Part shown: one piece after another, positions 53,295 through 64,000 of the stretch
How the letters are laid out: each line of letters starts with the position of its first letter
How positions within the stretch are numbered: position 1 is the first letter of the stretch
DNA from: Octopus bimaculoides
Taxonomy: Eukaryota
Direction: 5' to 3'
Assembly (NCBI RefSeq): GCF_001194135.2
Contig: NC_068988.1
Span: 16,884,982-16,948,981 of the forward strand
DNA length: 64,000 nucleotides
Translations under genes and position numbers: made by a program
The notes under the pieces: generated by a model
Told to the model about the DNA's origin: nothing
The model's input: the letters and a program-made list of their open reading frames with translations, nothing else
Databases searched by the model: none

Positions 53295-53726
53295 AATTTT
53301 TTTCAACAGCAAGTTACAATAACGTTCATTCCATATATAAATATGCCTATGTAATTATGTAAATGTAAGTTTCTCCAGATTCTCATTTGCTGCATATGTT
53401 GTTCTTGAAATTGGTGTCAGCTATTCTCAAATATTCCGTTGCCCTAATCATAGCATAATGCAATACAATTTCACTTGCTTAACCATGCTCAACTGCTTAT
53501 TGATTTTACGTTTTCTTATATTATTATTTATTTTGCCCTCCAATTGCTATAAGTTTATTAGTATGTTCTGATATTGGTATATGTCTTTCGGTGTTAACAA
53601 CTATGTAGATAGTGTGGTTCTTGTTAATTGTCGAATCAAGGTAGTGAAAAGAAAATAATAGTGCAAAAGCCTCCGGGCCTACCTGAAATATCACACATGT
53701 ATTTTCAGTCTTCCCCTGCATGGAAG

Positions 53727-53732
<6 letters not shown>

Positions 53733-53822
<90 letters not shown>

Positions 53823-53832
53823 GAAAGAGAGA
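53733..53832. repeat. (GA)n microsatellite
   Basis: Direct reading. Confidence 0.95.
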
Positions 53833-56007
53833 GGAAAAGAATGGGTGTATTTGTTTTTTAGAAATAGAGAAAGACAATAAGACAGAAGAGGAAGGAAATA
53901 GTAAAGTTGAACGAGATTTGTTTTAAAGACTTCATCGTAATTCTGTTGAATTTTGGAAACCGCTACTTCCACTTCATTTAACTAATAGAAATAATTAGAC
54001 AAACATAATAATATTAGTGAGTTATTCAGTGGTCATTATCTTTTTTAGCAAATTTGCATTTCATTGGAGCATTTATAATGGATAGCATTTGACTAGCCAC
54101 TCACAGCGTTAAATGTTGTAGAGTAGAAGATATAATTGTTTATGAGTTAGTGATTTGCATTATCTTAAAGGTATCTATTTTTACCATCGTGAACGGAAGA
54201 GAAAATATTACAATCTGAGCAAAAAATCAAAAGTACAGAATTCAGAATCTATACAGATACTACAAATGCTTTTAGAGTATGCACAATAAAATACGCATTA
54301 GAACGTTTAATTTTGATGCTGAAACGTGCATTCTCTTTTCGATATTATTTAAGCTGAATAAGTCGGGGATTTCTGTTATTGGCATCTATACCGGGTAACA
54401 AAGTGTAGCGTATATTACTGGATGGGGTATAGTACTATTAATTTCTATTAAAAATACCGTGCAAGATATTTGATATAATGCAGGTTATTTCTAATAATTT
54501 GTCATATTGCTAAAAGCACAAGTCGTGAGAGTTGCGATTACTGATATCATTGTTTTGTTGGTAAATTAAAAATGAAGATACATTAAGTAACAAATTCAAC
54601 AACGGCAGTGGATAGGTACAGGCACTCGCCTCATATTTATGCGGATCTGAATTTGATCAATCTTTGTTGCAGTTTTAGATGGGTGACTAACTATTTCCAT
54701 GGGATCGTGCAACCGAGTGCTAATATATTTTATGTACGGCGATATAAAATGAAACACCTGTTCACTTACATTTAACGACAGAAAAAAATTTGAAACAGTA
54801 TAATGAAACTGTAAATGTGAATATTTAATCTTAATATAAATACGAATAATAGATATAAAATGTTTGTTTCTAATTTAGGAACAAAGCCATACATTTCTTT
54901 AAGTGTGCGAGCTACATGTGACCTTGGCGGAACTTAAGTTTTTACTGGAAACGTTTAGAGTAAATATGTTAACGCCTTTCTCGAATCTCTAACGATTCTT
55001 TCATTCTGCAATATTTCGAAGATTGCAATAATATTGACGTGGAATTCATTACAACTAACACAACTTGTTTCTTTTTTTAGTAGGGTAGGGCATATTTATA
55101 TATAAATTGATACTATTAAACTGCTATAATATAGTTTATCTGGCACTCGAGAGAATAGTAACAGTTGACACTGAATATGATCGAAACGGAAATATTACAC
55201 AACTTGCAGTTCGGATTGAAATCTATGAGTCAGTGATTATAATCATAAAAATAATTATATTCATAATATTGCGAATAGAAGCGTGACTACAAACCCTGAA
55301 TGAAACAACGACCTTTAAGATACAGGAAGAGGCAATAATCAGAATGCGCATTGGGAGAAATATTTACAGATCTTTAAAAATTGATGATAAATTTTTGATG
55401 AGTCTAATTTACTAAAATATTCCATGACAATATCTTTTATATATTTTTTCTATTCCATTCGTCTAAAATATAATTTTATTGTATTAAAGAATTATTCTAG
55501 TGCGATATCTACTAAAAGAATAAACTACAGTTTCTTTTTTTTTCTGTTTTGGAAATTATTAATCGAATAATATTTTCAAAATGCAATATGAATACAACCA
55601 CTGAAGGACATTCGAATCAGATTTAGAGATATATGCGACATTGCTAAATAAATTATACAGTCCGTTAGAGAAGTTGGGTTAAAATGCTATAGATTATGAT
55701 TCATAATTTAACAATACAGTATTTCGATTTTAAAAGGCGCGTGCTGATTTGTCTCACTCCCTAACGTTTTCCGATATATTTAACGTACATTCGACTGACA
55801 AGATTATGATGCAAGATTATTAGCAGCAGTATGCAGATTTGCAAAGAAAATTAAATGCACATATTGCAATTTAGTAACAAATATCTTCAAACGTGAATTA
55901 AAGATTCAACGCCGTGTATTTGCCTTATATCTAAGAACGAAACCCATATTCTTCTCTGAATGACAATATGTATTATATCTGGAAGACATTTCTTCTTTAG
56001 ATCTTAT

Positions 56008-56714
56008 TTTTAGAAAAGTATATTAATAATGTACTATAATGACTAAAAATAACTAAATGGCAACACCACGTCTACACGCAAGCATGCACAACATTATTCT
56101 TTTAGCGACTTCTGACATTCGATTGCAACGATGCTGAAACCATGTTGAGACAAAGATTTAGAAGAAAATGTTAAAGCCAGTACGTTGGCTTCAACATATT
56201 TTGTCAAGTATTTCAGGATGAAATAAAATTAGAAAGTGTGTCGCGACAAGAGGCAAAACTGGGACAGAAGAAAATAATACCAAATGTGTTTTTGACTTAG
56301 TTGCCTGATACTTGTCAATACACACAGTTGACGATAATTAAAATCCAGGTACTATTTTCATAATTTCATTCGATGTCGCATCTACTAGAATCTAATTTAC
56401 ATTTATTTATATTTTATTGCTGACCTGTATTGATTTTTTTATAAAACTGGACGTGGGTAAACCTTGACGTTATGTTAAAATTTAGAATTACTGCTGAGGA
56501 AATTATTACAGTATAAATGCAATTTATACTGTAATTACGTACTGGCTTTAACATTTCCTTATAAATCTTTGTCTCAACATGGTCTCAGCATCATTGTAAT
56601 CGAATGTCAGAGATCACTAAAAGAATAATGTTGTGCATGCTTGTGTGTAGACGCGGTGTAGCCATTTAGTTCTTGTTAGTCACTACTGTACATTATTAAT
56701 ATATTTTACTAAAA
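56008..56714. mobile_element. Fold-back element with 178-bp inverted arms (roughly 85% identical)
   Basis: 56008-56185 is the reverse complement of 56537-56714 (e.g. accatgttgagacaaagattta / taaatctttgtctcaacatggt; aatgttaaagccagtacgt / acgtactggctttaacatt); perfect 14-bp hairpin at 56505-56535 in the spacer. Confidence 0.85.
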
Positions 56715-58384
56715 TTTGCTGTTTATAATGTAATAATTTTCTCAGTAAATTTTCTGTTTAGTGAACCAACTTTATTGAATAGGTGGAACGTAACAGTAGA
56801 GCCCATTAGTTATAATGTTATCTCTGCATCACATGCCTATCACAGGTATGGCTAAAACATAAACAACTATTTTTAAATGATATATATTTATTTCTGTATT
56901 TTAAAGCATTCACTTACAAATATTTCAAACGTACATACTTCGTCTGTGTGTATATGTAATACCTGTAGCTGCATTGGCTGTGTGTCTGTTTATAAACGTG
57001 TATGAATATAGATAAACATTTATATTTTCATGTAAGGAGCTATCTCATGCACAATATGTGTTTGATATTAACGATACGCCAAAGCTATTTATTGCCAAGA
57101 TATATTTAAATTAGTCAAAATGCAATACCAAGCGAGTGCCGTTAGCAATATTCATACCTCTTGTGAATTAATCTCTCAACCACACAAAACATGCTGAAAG
57201 GATAAATACATTAGCTAAAATGTAACTTATTTACAATGTAACTTATCTCCTTAAAATATACATCTTTGTTGCCTCGAGACATAATGTTTCAATGAAATAA
57301 TACCAAATAAAAAATAAAGCTATGCACAGCCTATTAGTAAAATGTTAAACTGTTTAAATTTGTACGTTAAAAAATTCACGTTACTGAAGTTTAAATATTA
57401 TTAGGTTAGTAGTGATAAATTACTTTTTATTATCAAGGTTCGGATGCGTTATGTCTTTATTCATATAAATGTATCATACTTTCAATGCCAATAAATATTT
57501 CTGCTTCAATCGACATCAAATCTTTAGAAGAATTTTACATTAAATAGCTGCTTTGAACGAAATAATTGACAACGTTATGAAGAAAACGTATTACTTTCCC
57601 TTTTGTTAATGTTAATTTTAATATTATTCTCTTGGCACGATATAAGTTCTACTGTTACTCTTTTATGAAGCTGAATACATAATCGAAATTTCTAACATAA
57701 TGAAAAATGTTCAGATGTTAAGCATTCAGCAACACAGAGTATGCAGCTTAATCGAGGATGTAGTCGTAATCTTTATCTTAATAAATAAAGTTTATGAACA
57801 TATACGTGAGCATGAGAATAGTAATAAAAACATTTATAAAACGTGAAATATCTACAGCTCCAGCTGATGTTCATTTATCACTTTAAAATATACTAAAGTA
57901 TATTCAAGTATTCGACAAATGGAATTGCGGATATAGTTTCGGTAAAGTTTCCCTAACTACAGTCTGAACTGCATTTGACATAATGAAAAACACTCTCCTT
58001 AAAAGGTGAATGTAGTGTCGTTAGAGATTTGCACTGAATACCTTCTGATTGATAACTGGTTCAACAGCCTGCGATCAAAGGATGACGAGGTTATTTGCCA
58101 GTTATACTCCTACTGCACGCACAAATTAGGTTGTGGAGATAAGCTACGGGAATCAGTGGTACTACCTACATTTCTGTCAATCACTCACTAATTATCATCC
58201 CTAGCTTTCTTAATTTTCGCCTGATGTGCATGAGACTGCTCAGAGTACAATCGAAAACAAACTTGATATTTATAAAAATACTAAGGCTATGTTTCCCTCA
58301 ACACCAATTACCCGTACACATGTAGAACATTATTATGAAAAGTAAATCAACTAATTGGTGATTTGTGTATATTTATTATACAAG

Positions 58385-58429
<45 letters not shown>

Positions 58430-61199
58430 AGCACATACACATAAATGTGACTGCGTATGAATGTAAGTATATGTAATTAGGTGTGTATATGCAAATGGAT
58501 TTAGACGATAGTTTATAAATGAGAATTGCGACTCTATTACGTTGCAACGAAAAATTGTGAAATATTGGTTTTGAAAATGCGGTGGCTGGAAATCAAATGT
58601 GTGTTTATAGATATCGATCAGGATATTATGAGGCTGAATGGAAATTCAAATGAACTGAAACAAAGCTATTCATTTTCATCAATAATATTTACATTTATCT
58701 ATTAAATAATTACTGTTTGTTTTATATTATTTAATATATTCCTCTTATTTACAAGCTTTACGCTTTGTTTCTGAATAATAATTTGTATAAAGTTAAAAAA
58801 AAAAATGATATGAAATACATTAAAATTATAAATTTTAAAAACCTAGATCAATAAATTATTGATGTTATTATATTGTTACTTTGACAGCCTTGCAGCTGAT
58901 ATTCAACTTGAAGTATTTATTCTCGAGTCAGTCATTGCTTTCGATACCATCTCTGTACACAACTCTGTTGACGTAATATATTTTTCACTGTAACAACAAA
59001 ATACGTTGTTGGGCATTTTATCTGTATTACTGTCATTTAAAGTGAACTACGGTAGTATGAACATTGGAAAATATAATAATGACATTACTGTACCGCTAAA
59101 AGCCTATGGGGTACGGGGTCTTGTGACGTATTTTTTCTTAGTGTGAGAGGAACGTCGACGTGAAGTAGTGCAAATAGAATATTATATCAGATTCTAAGAT
59201 AAAAAGAACAAGTGCTATCTCTGCTTGACAGAATTAGAAGGCCATGAGCCGGTTTAAGGCTTATATACACATAACTGATCGGATATCATACACATTTGGT
59301 TCAAAATGTTTGAAAATGAGAGCACTTCCCGTCAGAATGATCAGAAATAACTAAGGAAGAACGTAACGAAAGCCTGCACCTCATAAACCGTTTCACCTTG
59401 ATACACATATATAAAATCAATTATAATCATTAACTGTAAACATTCCTATCTCTATCGGAAACATCCAAATATAATATGACTTTGAGAGTAGGAAGGAACA
59501 TATACATGATATGTTGGGTTTCGATTTGCATAGATGCTTTGTCTTGTTTATTTTTTCGCCACTTAAAAATACATATTAAGTATATTTTCAATCTCTTCAA
59601 AGATGATTTTGTAAATATTACTATAGCATGAAACAACAATTGCATTATATCTGTTAAAAACTTTGTTTCTTTTAATTCATTTCTATATATTTATACACTC
59701 AATGAAATAATCTTTTATCGCGGCCAATTTTCTGTTAAGTGTTCTGATCCTTCATTTATCCATCAGCTCTTACATAATTAGATTTAAACATATGTATAGA
59801 GAATATGATGTTTAAGTCAGGTGAACATCATAATAATATTCGTCGTCATTGTCATTGTTCATCTTCACCATAATCACTATAACGTCGTCTTCATCATCAT
59901 CATCATCATCGTGGCAATATTGAGTCGTATCAGGTTAAACTTTAGAATGCACATGTTATCTTACAGGAGTCAGCGGATTATGATTAAATACTTGTGCTTT
60001 CTTGTGTTCTTTTTTCATTTCCCAAGTAAAACCATTTGCCTTATTATAAAATTAGGTAGATTAACGGTTTCGATCTTTTCTTCCTTACGGTATAAGAACA
60101 CCAGAACTATATCCAAAAGAAATTGTAAATTTCAGAGTGCAGATTAGGTTCAACCCCAAAATATTATGGCGTCTAGACACAGCACACATGAATTTATGTT
60201 TCGTTTTAAAATTATTTTATTTCAAACATTACATATGTGCTAAAGTCAACACAAATGAGCATTTTCTCTTGCTTATAGAACTGAAGGTGTGAAAAAAAAA
60301 CTTGATTTTATCCATTAAGTAACGTCTACCATACAAATATAGATTCACTGCTGAAAGCTTTCAGTAGTTAGAAAAATAGTTATGCTTAATTTGTTTTCTT
60401 TCATTTTAACTTTTAATCGATATTGGTAGTGTTAAAATTGATTTAAAACAACATCACTAGAGATTGTGTTTTTTTAAAGCAGATTACAAAATAGCAGATG
60501 AAAAATCAATTCCTCTAAGAAACACAATTGAAAACAACGTAACATGATTATATAACCTGGATCTTATCTCCTTTATTATTAGAACTATCAATGTTAATAA
60601 TATCAATAAGAAATATTGTATTTTTAGTTGGAGTAGGCGTTGTTATTTAACTTGTTATAGGGGGTCGAAGTTTGTTTATCACCAGAGTTACATATATATT
60701 CTATAGTACTTTAAGTTACACCCAGTATCTGGGTTCAATTCGCACGGAATCAAAATTGCTTCTTGTCATTTGTTAGCCGGTTCATGATATGTAGAGTGAC
60801 TGATATATAAATTAAATCTGCACTGTCTACACACATAGCTTTGTTGCAGTGTATGCAAAGAACGACTGTACTCATTATAACAACGTTATACATTTCGGGG
60901 AGGGGAAACAGTACTGTCTGATACTTAATTATCGAACAGAGAAGGATGAAATTAAAATTAAGTCTTCCAGGATTCAATCTATGAATGAAATGTTTCCGAA
61001 TCTTATAATTAAATTCAGTGCATGAAATGTACTGCCGTATATACAATGCTGATGACAGTTGGCATAATAGTTATATTGAGGATGCAATTCTTTGCCGAAT
61101 TCCATTCCCTCAGCTTACTTGACAGATGATATTAGTAGAGACCTTATGTTACATGAGCATAACTTAGAGGAAAACAATCCTGTTTTATATTATTGTTAC

Positions 61200-61625
61200 C
61201 TCAGTTTGCACGCCTGGCAAAAAAACCTAACGGCATTCTGTCCGGCTGCACTTACAGTGTTCAAATTCCGGGGTCATCCTGAGTTTATCCTTTCGTGGTC
61301 GATAAAGTAATTACTGTTCAGGACTGGAGTCAATGTAACTGACTTAATCCCTTCACGATACTGCATAATTTCTGTCAAAGTTTGAAATCAAATCATGTAT
61401 ACCACTTTCAACGACAGCGAGATTGCAGAACCGTTACTTCGCTGGACAAAATGCTTAGCGGCATTTCTTCCGACTTCACGTTCTCATTTCAAATACCGCC
61501 AAGGTAGACTTTGCCTTTCATCGTTTCGGAGCCGATAAAAGTACTACCATTTGAGTACTGGGCTACATGTATTCGGCTAGCTCTGTTTTTGAAATTGCTG
61601 GCATTGTGCTAAAATTTGAAACCAA
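61200..61625 (+). mobile_element. Two tandem Deu/Nin-like SINEs
   Basis: Cores at ~61260-61340 and ~61490-61575 (ccgccaaggtagactttgcctttcatcgtttcggagccgataaaagtac); tails ending aaatttgaaa. Confidence 0.75.
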
Positions 61626-61769
61626 TTTTACCACTACCTTCTTGAAGGGGCAAATTGCATCACACAATTGTAATTTTTGTGCCTTCCATAAATAATTATT
61701 TTTGTTACTGGCGACAAAACTTGAATATAAAACGTACTTCGGTTTCTTCGTACGTTAGCTCAGAGAAGA

Positions 61770-62160
61770 GATTTTACTTGTCACAGTCATTAGATTGCAG
61801 CCACGCAGGGGTACTTCTTTGAGATTTCTGTCGAATGAATCGACCTAGTAGTTATAGTCTTGGATTTATTTGACCGAACCGCAATGTTACTGCGATGCAA
61901 CCACATCAACACTGGTCAGCTAGCGGTGGTGGTGGTGGATAAACACGAAAAGAAAGACACGTACACATAGAAGCACACACGTACGCGCACCCACACATAT
62001 ATTCGACGAGCTTCTTTTCTTTCCGTTAACCAAATCTACCGACAAGGTTAGTCGACCCGAGTCCATAATAGAAAATACTTGCCCAAGGTGTCATGCAACG
62101 GGACAAACGAAACCATGAGCTTGAGCAAGTTTTTAGTCACACAACCAAGCCTGGGCCTGT
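61770..62160 (-). mobile_element. Full-length CORE-type SINE
   Basis: Reverse tail (ttttacttgtcacagtcattagattgcagccacgcagggg), central (CA)-rich tract, reverse CORE (tagaaaatacttgcccaaggtg) and head. Confidence 0.8.
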
Positions 62161-62340
62161 AAAATAGGAATGTATCTATTATATTAGTCCTTTTCGCCGA
62201 TCTTTTAAAGGGGATGTAAAGAAGATAACACCGTTGTCAAATCGTCTTAGTGAAAACAGAGAAACAAAGACACACACTTCGTGCACACACACACATACAC
62301 ACTCACACACGTATCTATGCTTCTCTCCTCATCTCTCTCT

Positions 62341-62440
62341 TCCTCACTCCCTCTTTCTCTTCCTCACTCCCTCTCTCTCTTCCTCACTCCCACTCTCTCT
62401 TCCTCACTCCCTCTCTCTCTTCCTCACTCCCTCTCTCCTC
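62341..62440. repeat. 20-bp minisatellite x5
   Basis: Unit tcctcactccctctctctct repeated five times with single substitutions. Confidence 0.9.
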
Positions 62441-62744
62441 TGATATAAGTTTACTGAATATAAAAGCATGTTATTTTGATGATTAATATTGTAGAGAACG
62501 AAACTGTCATACTGTCAATTTCAATTAACCTATATGTTTTGTAGTAAAGTGAAAAACCGTCCTAATCAGGTGGCACAGGATATGCGATTAGATAAGTTAA
62601 TGCATATAAATTCATAATTAAAAATGCGTAGATTTAGCGCAGCCGTGGTCTGAATGCGTCCGTTTATGAGTGTATATGACATTGATTATGAATAAATATT
62701 TGAAGACATAGTTTATAGAAAGAACATTTATTGCAGCTCAAACG

Positions 62745-62775
<31 letters not shown>

Positions 62776-63377
62776 ACACACACGCACACATATATATATA
62801 TATATGTTTATATATGTTTATATGCACCGATCGGCTGAATGAACAATATGTCCTTATAGCATGTACTTAATAGGCGAATTCGCTGAATATTTAATTAAAA
62901 TTGAGACAAATACACACAAGCTGCGTTTAATTGCTGCGAACTCCTACGTAAATTTATGAACAATGATGTATATACATATATCTAGATGTTTATACCCTTC
63001 TCTCTCTATATATATATATGTATATNNNNNNNNNNNNNNNNNNNNNNNNNNNNNNNNNNNNNNNNNNNNNNNNNNNNNNNNNNNNNNNNNNNNNNNNNNN
63101 NNNNNNNNNNNNNNNNNNNNNNNNNNNNNNNNNNNNNNNNNNNNNNNNNNNNNNNNNNNNNNNNNNNNNNNNNNNNNNNNNNNNNNNNNNNNNNNNNNNN
63201 NNNNNNNNNNNNNNNNNNNNNNNNNNNNNNNNNNNNNNNNNNNNNNNNNNNNNNNNNNNNNNNNNNNNNNNNNNNNNNNNNNNNNNNNNNNNNNTATATA
63301 TATATATATATATATATGCGCGTTCGGTGCGACCGGTTTCCTTATACGGTGCCAGGTTTTACAATCCTGTAAATAAT

Positions 63378-63571
63378 AATTTATGTTAGCCTAAAGTATA
63401 TAGCGATCACCGTGCAAATGGGGCATATGTCTTGGACAGAAAAATGCAGGCTTTCCTGTCCGCGGATAGGAAAGCCTCCTTTTTTTCTGTTGAGGGCTTA
63501 TATGCCCCATTATTAGACTATTTTTTTAGTCATTGTACGGTGATCGCTATAAAATTTAGGCTTATATAAAT
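63378..63571. repeat. ~190-bp multi-segment palindrome (fold-back)
   Basis: Nested arms gcctaaagtatatagcgatcaccgtgca/tgtacggtgatcgctataaaatttaggc, aatggggcatat/atatgccccatt, acagaaaaa/tttttctgt, aggctttcct/aggaaagcct around tccgcgga. Confidence 0.85.
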
Positions 63572-63639
63572 ATGTCATCCGCATAAAATAACACATTTGG
63601 TACAGACCGATCCAACCACGAGTTCTGTCGAGCAAAATA

Positions 63640-63960
63640 CCACCGTGAGTACAGTGGGGTGTACACTCAACAACTGCCACATGAACTACATCAAAGCATG
63701 CTTGAGGGCCCATGTGGAAAGAAACCTACATAGGGAGCACTACTAGGAAACTACACAACCGTATAAACGAGCGTCTGGAGACACACCTTTCGATACAGAA
63801 ACACCTTAGGACGTGCCAACTCGGAATTTCAAAGTTTCCAACAAGGCGACCCACGCAACCGGGAAAAGTCTAAGAGTTTGGAAGCTCTCCGTATAGACAG
63901 ACCAAAACTAGACATTGACAACAGCCAAGAACAACACGAAGCAGACCGGTTGCTATAGCC
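63640..63960 (+). mobile_element. Penelope-like element GIY-YIG endonuclease remnant
   Basis: ETYIGSTTRKLHNRINERLETHLSIQKHLRTC then, after a frameshift, DPRNREKSKSLEALRIDRPKLDIDNSQEQHEADRLL*. Confidence 0.8.
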
Positions 63961-64000
63961 ACGACATTCCGCGCATGTATCTTCCTCTTTCCTCCCATGT

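Noticed and set aside
58006-58191. LLIDNWFNSL resembling the piggyBac DNWFTS motif
   Set aside because: No other piggyBac motifs or TTAA-flanked ends nearby.

Overview
AT-rich eukaryotic scaffold with about 10 N-gaps and a heavy microsatellite load. The SINE families present (a Deu/Nin-domain-like SINE, a CORE-SINE with a central microsatellite, a second tRNA-headed SINE) point to a coleoid cephalopod, probably Octopus; this is inference, no database search was run. I could not identify an intact host gene with confidence, only weak candidate exons on both strands. Most supplied ORFs are microsatellite or N-gap artefacts. Mobile-element remnants I can support: 3' ends of CR1/L2, RTE and R4/Dong-like LINEs; two Penelope-like (GIY-YIG) fragments; a full-length decayed Tc1 (DD34E); mariner and Tigger-type MITEs; a decayed hAT transposase. 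Most notable: a minimal type I hammerhead ribozyme in a Penelope terminal repeat (30961-31003, minus); a 2.6-kb head-to-tail pile of about 10 diverged SINEs with a Dong-like fragment in an (ATT)n tail; four unrelated long fold-back elements plus an antisense-nested SINE (potential dsRNA/ADAR substrates); a decayed intronless LRR-transmembrane gene; and a LINE/SINE shared 3' tail. Element boundaries are by-eye estimates.
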